From: a virus
Virus record (IMG/VR): IMGVR_UViG_3300007513_000010
Strand: one strand, 5' to 3'
DNA length: 64,000 nucleotides
Under the pieces are notes generated by a model. It was given only the letters and a program-made list of their open reading frames with translations. It made no database searches and had not been told where the DNA came from. The position numbers and the translations under genes were made by a program. Below, piece after piece: positions 22,801-29,754 of the stretch. Position 1 is the first letter of the stretch, and each line of letters begins with the position of its first letter.

Positions 22801-25537
22801 TAAAATTCATTTTTCTGCTAATCCCGGGCGCGGCGTCACTATATCGGGAGGTCATTCTATCAATATGCGCCTAGGGGCTGGAGGCTCCTCTGGCGTTGGG
22901 CCCGGGTTTCTAAGAGAATTATCTACATCGCCAACTTCCAATTCTAATTTACGCAGCTCTTTGGGTCAGTATTTTGCAGGAGGTGTTACTGGATCTTTTG
23001 TAAACAATACAAAAGATAAAGGCATTCCAAGAATTAAAGCAAAAGCCATAAAAAGAGTTTCTTTCGAGGATTTACTAGACGTGGAAGGTTTGTTGGGTAT
23101 TGATTTGCCAGATAACGAGCCCCATCCTTCGGCAAGTTTTATATACGGAAACCAGTACTGGTATAAGACTTTTGATTACCCTTTTAAGTTTGGTACCGCT
23201 AATGTTGAGCACTCAAGAGAGTCTTTAGGGTTGGGCGCTTTTAGTAGTTTAAGCGACTATACAACATATAAGATGGCAATTAATAATTTTACAGCAGAAA
23301 CTGTAAACTTTTTCCTAAAAGATCAAAAGCTAACATCTTTTAAATCTAAAAAAATAAATTTCATATCTCCACCTGGAGTTAGTTATAAGATGAGAGTCTA
23401 CCTTCACAATCAGGACTTGGTGATGTATGATCGTCATTCCGCTTTTGGGCCACCCGTCGATGCCGGAGATGTTGTTAAAGAGGTGCGAACCGCGACAAAT
23501 GCTCAAGTTGGCAACAAAGCCTCTGGTAATTTTACAGTAAGTATTACAGATTCAGGCGGCAGTAACCATTGGACTCTGGACGCGCAATTAAATTCAACTA
23601 GCAACGGTGGCAACGAGGGCAAGTATCCGGGTATTACGATACCGCTATACAGCGGCTCTTCATCGACCAATATAAGCTTTTTGTTTTATCATGACGCTGC
23701 CAATAGTATGGCAAGTAACAACACTAGTGTTAAATATTTTATTAACTTGGAAGATGGCAGCGGCCTAAAGACAAATATCGAAGTCGCAAAAGAACTGAGA
23801 ATAGCGCTATCTTCTGCAGGTTTTTTGGTTACTAATTCTGACGCTGCAAAAATAATATTTACACAACCTGTGCAAGGCTCAGGCGGCAACGCGACTTTGG
23901 TCTCTGTTGATGGCGGCATTGCTAGCAATGTAGAGGCAGATGGTGTGGTGAAGGGCCTGAATGATGGAGGGAGTCACGAGGGCTATGTTATCGCCGCCGG
24001 CTGGTCAAACCCTCAAGGGGGGTCCTCCGCATCCGGAGTGGAGTATTTTACTTCTGGCAAGCAGCTTTTTGAGGGGTCTCATGGTTTTGCCCCTTATGTG
24101 CCGCCATTTTTGGACCCTGGCGCAGATCCTTATGTTGAGTTCACTTTTAATACCACCAAAGAAGGAGAAAATCAAACATACTCTTATGATGATCTCATGA
24201 GCGGCATGACTTTAGAATATAGGAACTTTTACAACATAGAGGCCCAGACTTCTTCTGCGACAAACTTTCAGCACGCGATGTGCCTAAGTGCAAGTCTCGA
24301 CCTTAAGTCGGGCTATTTGGAGCCAACATTCGAAAGAGAGTATGAATCAGGTAACAACTTAACAAGAATTCCTGGTAATCTTAGGGTTGTTATACCCAAA
24401 GATTCTTCTTCAAAGCGCTGGGTAATACAATCAAAGTGGGAGACCCCGCTGCTGGATTTTGAAAATGTGCCGATGTCTGTTTTGGATTTATCAAATTCAA
24501 CAGTAAATACTGCAGTTACAGACTCTCCATGGAAAACAGAAAATTGGTTAACGTATTTGACGCACTCTGTAAATACGGCAACAACCTATTTGACCGCTTC
24601 TAGAGGAATGTGGCACCAAAGGGGCAAACTACCAGGTGAAAACAAGAAGGGATATTTCTTGTCGATCGCAGATGTTAAAAGATCTGACGGAGAATATCAC
24701 CCCTCTTTAGCGAAAGCTGTAGGATTTTTACCAGAAGATCAAAAAACAAGCACACTTCGTATGGGAGCCATCGCTGAAGAAAAAGAAATAAGTGAAGCGG
24801 TGGTTGCAATACCGTATTATTGTGATATACACGAAAATGTGCAATTTTTCAAACTCCAGGAAAAGCAAATTCAAGTAGCTGAAGAAGAAAATAGAAAAAT
24901 TTTTGAAATGCCGGAAGGAGAGGGAAGAGAGAGAAGATTGAAAGAAGTGCGAAATCCGATAGCATTTCAGATGAGAATGATGAAAAAATATATTTTTCCT
25001 CCTCAGTTTGATTTTGTGCAATTTCCAAAAAAGGTCAGAAAAAAGGAAGCAGTAGCTATGTACGTTTTTGAATTCAACGCGAAGCTAACAAAGGAAGATC
25101 TTAAGAATATTTGGGAGAATACGTCCCCGACCTCCGCAGAATCAACAGCGATGCCCCAGCATTCCAATTCGGGTCTACGCGCGGGATCCACAATGGATAC
25201 CCAATATGTTTCACATACACTGCATTCTTCTTTGGAAAACCCATTAGATCCTAGGTTTTTGAAAGAGGAGGTGCGATGGCTTGTTTTTAAAGTCAAATAC
25301 CGAGCAGAAAAAGACTATGCACAAGTAAAACTTAATTCATTATATCGTGGCATGGAAAATATGGACTTGATTTCTATGGACGCTTTGTCAGACTTGTCAA
25401 CTTATAACTTAACGAGAGATTTGCAAGATATCCACTATTCTTACAATTGGCCGTATGACTTCTTTTCTTTAGTAGAGCTAGTTAAAGTAGAGGCAAAGGT
25501 AGATTTTGTAACGGCTAGAGATCCAGGTAAACCATAA
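13856..25537 (+). CDS. 3893-aa baseplate wedge/adhesion protein (gp7/P2-gpI-like motif, LamG/ConA-like domains, repeated inserted modules)
   Basis: LamG-type motifs TVEFWLK, DNKWHHYAFS, LSGSLDDFRFW and YFKFNEG. INKRKGTEDSFRNLIRCFG resembles the gpI/gp7 wedge motif. ATGA overlap with the previous gene. Confidence 0.7.
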   Translation: MSGKDQGGKTGGSKLGDFLNKEKSILNKSLEDISRDAESPKFIKSKSQSRSRFLPDIDYSQPSNFARFGSAERYYKDSIERIYKTYPYDGSKHEQEEWFLSSSHLDLYLFKKEYPHATGAVKFSHSGWGSKTGASQQSYGQPADKQYILFYGGPTKGDLYDTSLGRESCLKFTPTAGNTVEFWLKKGEYVNSLTEKEVIFDCYSKNAAGAADTARFKIELDSTVGSSASPFKLTYMSGNVGLNHVSVGTVSKSALVDNKWHHYAFSLVASGSVLKHDFYVDGVINEQGTSSIAPMGDSNRNMIATLGSLVTTVSSQAGLGWGKLSGSLDDFRFWKKYRNPKDVGRFYHDSVNGGTKNDHTNSSLGIYFKFNEGITGDYSQDSTILDYSGWAKNGAVVGYTSGFRTEESAIHESGATKWTEKGDPIMLPIHPKVDNMLSTFKTKGQAWDIENTNNLFNTFPSFMLEEDRGRLYELIQIMSSQFDEIYTLIEHLPKLKRKGFKDVNVSGSASIRTKANSEVHNKTYCDPDYQTENTGGRFEDPTKVKLIPDGRGIFGGADLFSSFLDRDDREQYDYSLLQIRDFFIQNLYNTATEINKRKGTEDSFRNLIRCFGIDDKIIKLNIYADNFEYKVDESQLHTVSKQKSLNCGVTDHFNATVHHNTGSASYTRNYIAGSTPTNSGQGITLEGNVIFPKVDSEASPYYVSKDFETISIFGMHKAELLTENLKVDYSNPASFQVQAVRDIVRPNDVHFRLTSSAGLITELTSSVYQEIYDNKPWNLSIRIKPNSESLFGTLTGSVDKNYTLEFSGYNYDLDSLSETFQLTASLSSAVANAVLAANKRVYMGAHRNNMTGSTREKTDLRFVSLSYWQDYLESAELQAHARDFGNIGRLGLYKNIDVNAGALDNYDIRKNDALALHWNFEMHTASSDTGVMDILDISSGSLDTIGAFGHYGNIVGYQHPGKVQFANIPSKAIMQEFLSVSKFSYLENIHSSDQVQILDLDRTTFKRNEKPITFFYSFEKSMYAAISEEILKYFAGLIEFNNLIGEPVNKYRSDYKGLRVLAQRFFEKSQGDLDYDRFVEFYRWVDDSISKFIDQIKPYSARFSKKILNVVESHTLERNKYDHKFPTIEMKLNDPIAPILGINELLYDWEHGHAPLTTTVSSGTLAAATGKITIMGSSASLLDGGTVTITNTAGLEKVYIFDDDGDGATGTVDGSGRVRVQISGFSKDAMATQLKNAINHDNGHGDTITITGPGLEWSDDGILNFTQATAGSAGNVTITSTVSSGYFDPEGFSGGTGGSTSSRSEKDKCLWWKDRADRRHDIPAAASVDKDRERQRVARNTHASGSTYVLRKLSRPYKFGVTMQTGFRSGQNRKTNKNDEFYKSVSKFGSTANITLPAVDIIEDTYCNDIIDPNYKERFRIKSYTVGVDGYYDRDSDYSLPFSLFSSSAGSSFPSTKAGLIVTNNHHDHYGDDHEIPLQGPFTEAHVGGMPHRHESLAGTLSQARATIQVDTGELGTTTLILKNSGGTTHTITAAALGASNPSTATKINTDLIGNANDATVQMKVSLDAANAAGNIKMNVSTITNNSDGNPRIITLTQFDTGGHGNTPIAGTMVSGNKVLVNSLDPDSAHGELFFTGGNRIERLEAYEVRSDANSITIHPVPASDPRSYYFRDGLAKRPVNIANIKYTTGSAILGNYDRDYQVVLTNGRSLNNNDFVDNEGFSFSGSASTFINEIIDTSKPARTKTEHVIVNRFSNAGPETAADSNGGYSVDVESGEFSAYNTINYKNMNARRILSRLHIEKSEQFGLRSGSLNTLLDYTLTSSLDGPTEIRPSMATSVHMQNRNPHYYLDLPVRATMTIMTDTGTLSTNSLTLKNSDGTTHTISAAALGGGNPSTATQVNTDIVGNANDAATQIRASLAAAATAGSIDMIVSAVTNNSAGDPRVITLTQNHPGTTGNTEVAGSLVSSNKLIINNITAGGSHGELFFTGGANPGSYDYDNFVVYHQIPQNDIQYTWITASSTDTIKTFRGHTSNFTIPSSSGHQYPAEIQFLQKSDHASYWWMEPSTYSRIWGIAPGYASAEGENPPGYQQPVYTDFVGMNANIYEPVSSSINTLGYSSLEFSDTAKAGHTGLFVSINYTNQTFLDGNFVYGGQTSPGEESRVYGVGSHGYAWGNMILNALIQHRQGPYGWPSWKQLRGASHPIMRSHRKNNQYSIHFREGVPSTSPIVDYEYDISPRGSKIKDKSARYSSRVAKNYFDIPVTSKFDPFVMMNFSDSTLRFIEDMGSGTGDQVMENVLWWLTDVSTVFQPDSQMFENMYFAVRDTYTNAISTFSNPEIISALKIDEVTHQPMESMMAAYQDDSRADKPDAFHQINYLEAIYPREINTYTKNARNRENFVFHSWNSDRSKRENILIGSAISAYSDNSVIFPKIRPVIENYTETNSLFVDTLDYKNSGATIVQYITSSAWLLDSRKDFSKEPLSLTASYTSTNASFLANRDQGVRGEGELQNDYSIFGLGYNRIHGTPPPALVYNRRIPQPYGTYGADGYEEYLAGESKWEVNKDSSSPFYDKYTDYNEEIRLVGQNYSLVPEFKISDHIETIVKLSDQSTSREDFNTPLETLLSLTGGVYNTSHGTLAVGSNFYKTYSTSDFLKYFGTIQDSFEESNAPFAPGRLTLKCKGVMKFLPYRGFYPVERTAQIGEIFTKCYLQDYRYKSLNGSDVSDHLDKKMSGSLHHAIKPLMAPGVLYNSIKSGVAVDYPLFENDIRGTKAIGFININLLDASKTAWTANSISSAGTYPKIQMGLLEADGTTTTKTFHFFSDAVDNASESTHVKYVDVGQPPELAASLDRRSASRNTQVARQLSAKLVAAGFEVVDLNYLVETDYSVINTDGSISSGTNPPDRMPTALWSTGDPDFNIGVIPDPGEDSSGRAKAMYIPGVGLVSVPGVGGACIVFRQPYVGSSGNVALSVSDGVRDGSGQEASKIHFSANPGRGVTISGGHSINMRLGAGGSSGVGPGFLRELSTSPTSNSNLRSSLGQYFAGGVTGSFVNNTKDKGIPRIKAKAIKRVSFEDLLDVEGLLGIDLPDNEPHPSASFIYGNQYWYKTFDYPFKFGTANVEHSRESLGLGAFSSLSDYTTYKMAINNFTAETVNFFLKDQKLTSFKSKKINFISPPGVSYKMRVYLHNQDLVMYDRHSAFGPPVDAGDVVKEVRTATNAQVGNKASGNFTVSITDSGGSNHWTLDAQLNSTSNGGNEGKYPGITIPLYSGSSSTNISFLFYHDAANSMASNNTSVKYFINLEDGSGLKTNIEVAKELRIALSSAGFLVTNSDAAKIIFTQPVQGSGGNATLVSVDGGIASNVEADGVVKGLNDGGSHEGYVIAAGWSNPQGGSSASGVEYFTSGKQLFEGSHGFAPYVPPFLDPGADPYVEFTFNTTKEGENQTYSYDDLMSGMTLEYRNFYNIEAQTSSATNFQHAMCLSASLDLKSGYLEPTFEREYESGNNLTRIPGNLRVVIPKDSSSKRWVIQSKWETPLLDFENVPMSVLDLSNSTVNTAVTDSPWKTENWLTYLTHSVNTATTYLTASRGMWHQRGKLPGENKKGYFLSIADVKRSDGEYHPSLAKAVGFLPEDQKTSTLRMGAIAEEKEISEAVVAIPYYCDIHENVQFFKLQEKQIQVAEEENRKIFEMPEGEGRERRLKEVRNPIAFQMRMMKKYIFPPQFDFVQFPKKVRKKEAVAMYVFEFNAKLTKEDLKNIWENTSPTSAESTAMPQHSNSGLRAGSTMDTQYVSHTLHSSLENPLDPRFLKEEVRWLVFKVKYRAEKDYAQVKLNSLYRGMENMDLISMDALSDLSTYNLTRDLQDIHYSYNWPYDFFSLVELVKVEAKVDFVTARDPGKP
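18362..19825 (+). repeat. Two closely related ~137-aa modules (18362-18769 and 19412-19825) within the 3893-aa gene
   Basis: Both copies read RAT...DTG.L.T..L.LKNS.GTTHTI.AAALG..NPSTAT..NTD..GNANDA..Q...SL.AA..AG.I.M.VS..TNNS.G.PR.ITLTQ...G..GNT..AG..VS.NK...N......HGELFFTGG. Confidence 0.9.
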
Positions 25538-26359
25538 ATGGCTTTTATTAACAAAAAAGAAGAAGTAATACAGATAAAGTTAACACAGTTTGGAAAAACG
25601 CAGCTAGCAAAGGGTCGATTCCGCCCACACTATTATGCTTTTTTTGATGACGACATTATTTATGATGCTTCCCACGCCGGAGTTGTGGAGGATCAGAACG
25701 ATATAATAACGAGAATTAAAGAGTCTCCTAGACTTGACCTACAACACGTAACAAAGGGAGTAGAGCTTAATTACTTGACTGGGTCAGATTTAATAGAAAA
25801 GGGAGAGAGAGACCTTTACGAGCCGCTAGATGAATTTCAAGAGACTGAAGAGAGGGATAGAATTCTAAATAGAATATTGGGATCCTCTCATCATGGCACC
25901 CAAGAGGCGCCCTATTATACTCTAGACGCTCTGGGGGGGGCGATTATAAAAAACGAAAACTTGCAAGTAACTTTTAGTACAGGTTCGGGAGAGTCTAAAA
26001 TACCACAAATAGAATTTAGGCCAGAGTATGTGATATTTAGCGATAATAGAAGAAAGAGGGATCCGATTCAGGATCTTGAAACCTTTGTAGACCTTTTATC
26101 TGAAAATATAGAATTTTTAGACGGAACGACACTTCACATAGAAAAGGAAGATCTTGTTCTTGGTCTAACAGAAAGTAACGCACCTTTCATAAAGGATACT
26201 TTTGAATATCAGCTTTATGAAATAAACAAAGAGCAGGGTGAAGAAAAGTTAGTCCCAATTGAGGACGACGGTCAGCTTTTCGAGATAAGGAAAGACAAAA
26301 AAATATCTAACTATGAAAAGCATAAAAAAGGGCTTGTTAAGGGCTTTTTCAACACATAG
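25538..26359 (+). CDS. Virion structural protein, N-terminally paralogous to 33056-34000
   Basis: MAFINKKEEVIQIKLTQFGKTQLAKGRF...FFDDDIIYD compared with MAFLDNSGDILLDAVLTDAGRQRMARGEF...LGDEEINY. TAAATG junction with the previous gene. Confidence 0.6.
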   Translation: MAFINKKEEVIQIKLTQFGKTQLAKGRFRPHYYAFFDDDIIYDASHAGVVEDQNDIITRIKESPRLDLQHVTKGVELNYLTGSDLIEKGERDLYEPLDEFQETEERDRILNRILGSSHHGTQEAPYYTLDALGGAIIKNENLQVTFSTGSGESKIPQIEFRPEYVIFSDNRRKRDPIQDLETFVDLLSENIEFLDGTTLHIEKEDLVLGLTESNAPFIKDTFEYQLYEINKEQGEEKLVPIEDDGQLFEIRKDKKISNYEKHKKGLVKGFFNT

Positions 26360-26376
26360 GAGAAATAACTGATTTT

Positions 26377-29300
26377 ATGTTAGAATACGCAAAAACACCC
26401 ACCATTTTGACAAAAAGAATAATAGTTACGCCAAGAAGCGTCCCTGTTGATCCGCTAGGCGCTGAACCCGCTCGAAACCTAGCAATAGACGTAGACTTTT
26501 TAATAAGAGAGGCTAGAGATTATTCGTGGTTTAGGATACCGGAGTTTAAAAAATACATAAACCTTTATGTCTTAGAGGTCCGTGGTTCAACAGGATATGC
26601 TCAGAATCTTTATAGTATGCTTTACGACACATCACGAAGATGGGGTGCTTTAAAGGATTGGCTGATAACAACCCACCACATTCCAAGAGAGGTGGCAGAG
26701 TCTCAACACTCTATTGAAGGAATATTTCAATCTCTTATGGCCTATAGCGATGAAAGGTTGGGGGTTACGTGCCACACATACAGCCTGAACGATGTCATAG
26801 ACCAACACTCTACAACGCTAACTATGCAAGCTCAGAGTGACCTAGATCTAAATTCAGGTACGGGGGTTTCGGGAGCAGAACCGTTTGATTATCTTTTTAG
26901 TAAAGAATACAAAATCAGTAAAGACATTCAAAATTTATCATTTATATGTTTTTCCCACGTGGATGTCGAACAAATGTTAGAAGACTTCTCAATAGATCCA
27001 ACGATTTATCCATCTGCGATAGATGAAATTCATCAAGTTGGTGGGATAACAACTATGGATGTAGTCTTTGAAGAGGGAAAAGTCCCCACACAAAGCCTTA
27101 TATATGTCCACCGCGAGGATGAAACAAAGATTTGGAATGGCCCCACTCACTATCACCCCCCAAACAGCCCCTCTCCGGATGGATACGTTGGGTGGATGGG
27201 TGGAGTTTCTCATGTATCTCCGGGACCTAAACCGAAGTTAAAGCAGATAGGAGTCAGAAATACGAAAGTTAAATACGATGCTGACCCGGTTTCGATTGAT
27301 TATTTCGGCGGCGACCCGGGCTATGGTGCACCAATCGCAAATTATCCTATAAGTGTTGGTAATTATGACTTTTCGACAATTGAGAGATCAATTGATATGA
27401 TTTCTCGCATGACGAGAGATACAAACGATAGCTCTATAAGACAAAAATTTGAGGAGATCCTAGAAAAACACAGAGGAGACAACGTGATAGATGGTTTTAT
27501 GGAAATAAGTAGAGACCTTCAGGGATCAGCAAAAATGGTTTTTTCGTTTGACTATCTCAATGTGATAAAGCAGAATTCAAAATATGGTTATTTTTTAGAT
27601 TTTGTTCCCCCTGGCGTTAAAGCGGCTATGTTAACTAGCAGTCAAATACTTAGCCTTAAGGTTGTGAGGAAAAGGGTGAGCAATTATCCTACTGGAATAG
27701 GGTATTTTGGAGAAAACGACTATAAACCTATGGATACTGATGATGTGCCTCATTTGGTTGTCGAAACTGCAGACTCAAGCGACCCGGTTTGGAATCACAA
27801 ATTGATCACAAAAGCACAACGAGATAAGAGACAAGAAAGAGTAATAGCAAAGATTGAGGAGTGCGCCATAAGCTTGCCAGACGAGCCAACCCCGGAGACT
27901 TTTAGGCACTTTGTCCTGAGGGACTATGACTTTTCTAGAGTTAATGCAGGGGTTTATACTTACCAGATTCACTTAATCATAAAAGACGGGATAGAGGAGA
28001 CCCTAAGAGAACTGCTTTCCAACGCCCGGAAAGCAGCAAACGAATTGTCGGATTTTATACAGATTGCAAGAATACCAAAAATAAAATATAAGAATTCCGA
28101 GGATCGATATTATGACTATCATGTCGATAGGGGTGGCGCTTTTGATGTTTATAGGCTTAGTGACTCAAGAGTTGGGGAGTCTTCTGGTCATTACGATTAT
28201 GAGAAGAAAGTTTTTACTGAGGAGTTTAGAGAACAGGATGATGTTATCTCAAAGTTGGAAAATGCAATAGATATATATACTTTGATAAGAACTATTTTCG
28301 CTTATATTTCTGGTACTGGAGAATCTTTGGATTGGAACTTGGTGTCGCATCATATAGAGGTTAACACAAGTCCTCTTATGAATGGTACTTTAGAATCTTG
28401 TGAAATATTTTACCAGAGATTTCGAGATATTGTCGCCTTCTTATCTTCTACGTTGGGAGAAAAACTTGAACCAAACTCGACCATTTCGGAGAACCCGACC
28501 GCGGCCTTTAATGCAAGGTTGAATTCCTATAAACCCCCAGCACACATTGAGGTTTGCAAGGACTATAAGGCTTACATAAATGCTGTAAAACGCCCAGTTA
28601 CTCGTTCTTATTTTGGGCCCCTCACTATGTTCACAGCTTTAGCTGACATTGTTGAAAAACTACAGCTAGATAGGAATATATACTCTCTGCCGCTAAGTTT
28701 TTACGACGGACCAGGAACCATAGTATTCCCGGATGCATATTTGCTTTCCGGCCCATCGACATCATCGAGCTCCACCACAATGCCCGCTTCGGAAAGTTAT
28801 TTTGATGATCCTCGCCGCGGCAGCAAATACAACCAGGGAGCAAAAGAATACTATAAGAAAAATACGATCCTTGCGTCAAGGATGCTGTACAGCAAGCCCA
28901 TAGAAGAACTGGCTCCTATAAAGTTTGGTCTTGATAGGCTCACAAAGCGCGCCGCCGCGTCCTCAATTGGTGGCATGTCGGGCATTTATACAAAAACTTT
29001 TGACGCTACTGGTTTTGTTGGCTATATAGAGGGTCTAAGTGTCGGGGCGCTGGGTTTTGGTACTGGTATGGTGTTCCAAAATCTTGTCGACCCTTCTCCG
29101 AAGAACACACTTACGCATGAAAATTTCAATAAATTGTTGTGTGGGGCTTTGTACGTTTTGGACTCGGCAAAAGATTATAGAAAATTTATAAGAAACATAA
29201 TTAAAGAAAGAAATTATTTGGTTAAAAATGATGGACTAATGAAGTATATTGATGTTTTAAAAAACTATAGAACGTTTGCCGGAAATGTTACAAAAGGTCC

Positions 29301-29754
29301 GTACGACACCTCTAAAAGATATTTAGAATCTTCTTCTATGGCTGAGCACAAAGAGGCAAACAAGTTTAAAGAAAAGTTCGAAGAACTAGAAGCAGCTGGC
29401 ATACGTGACCCAAACGCTTTTGATATAAAAAGCAAATATCTCTTGGGCTCTCCTATGGAATTAGTGATGAGGACAAGGATATCTTCCTTAAATACGGGCG
29501 GTCCCCGTTCGAGCAACAAGTCTTCTGCAACCGGGTTTAGGGCGTTTTTGCAAAATTCGAGACCCTCTGAGCCGGCAGAGTCGGCACTCTCTATGTTGAA
29601 TCGAGCTTCTAGAAGGTCCCGCTCAGGGCAAACTGTCCGCCGAATAAAGGTTCTCACCCTAGAGCCGGTAATCTCACCCACATCATCAGTTGGTAAAACT
29701 TTTGAAGAGAATGATTTTGATACGGCAGATACAACAATGTTGGTGGAATTTTAA
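26377..29754 (+). CDS. Hypothetical 1125-aa protein (probable virion/baseplate component)
   Basis: Long ORF in the structural operon with AGGAG upstream. Contains a His/Gly motif WNGPTHYH...GYVGWMGGVSH. Confidence 0.6.
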   Translation: MLEYAKTPTILTKRIIVTPRSVPVDPLGAEPARNLAIDVDFLIREARDYSWFRIPEFKKYINLYVLEVRGSTGYAQNLYSMLYDTSRRWGALKDWLITTHHIPREVAESQHSIEGIFQSLMAYSDERLGVTCHTYSLNDVIDQHSTTLTMQAQSDLDLNSGTGVSGAEPFDYLFSKEYKISKDIQNLSFICFSHVDVEQMLEDFSIDPTIYPSAIDEIHQVGGITTMDVVFEEGKVPTQSLIYVHREDETKIWNGPTHYHPPNSPSPDGYVGWMGGVSHVSPGPKPKLKQIGVRNTKVKYDADPVSIDYFGGDPGYGAPIANYPISVGNYDFSTIERSIDMISRMTRDTNDSSIRQKFEEILEKHRGDNVIDGFMEISRDLQGSAKMVFSFDYLNVIKQNSKYGYFLDFVPPGVKAAMLTSSQILSLKVVRKRVSNYPTGIGYFGENDYKPMDTDDVPHLVVETADSSDPVWNHKLITKAQRDKRQERVIAKIEECAISLPDEPTPETFRHFVLRDYDFSRVNAGVYTYQIHLIIKDGIEETLRELLSNARKAANELSDFIQIARIPKIKYKNSEDRYYDYHVDRGGAFDVYRLSDSRVGESSGHYDYEKKVFTEEFREQDDVISKLENAIDIYTLIRTIFAYISGTGESLDWNLVSHHIEVNTSPLMNGTLESCEIFYQRFRDIVAFLSSTLGEKLEPNSTISENPTAAFNARLNSYKPPAHIEVCKDYKAYINAVKRPVTRSYFGPLTMFTALADIVEKLQLDRNIYSLPLSFYDGPGTIVFPDAYLLSGPSTSSSSTTMPASESYFDDPRRGSKYNQGAKEYYKKNTILASRMLYSKPIEELAPIKFGLDRLTKRAAASSIGGMSGIYTKTFDATGFVGYIEGLSVGALGFGTGMVFQNLVDPSPKNTLTHENFNKLLCGALYVLDSAKDYRKFIRNIIKERNYLVKNDGLMKYIDVLKNYRTFAGNVTKGPYDTSKRYLESSSMAEHKEANKFKEKFEELEAAGIRDPNAFDIKSKYLLGSPMELVMRTRISSLNTGGPRSSNKSSATGFRAFLQNSRPSEPAESALSMLNRASRRSRSGQTVRRIKVLTLEPVISPTSSVGKTFEENDFDTADTTMLVEF

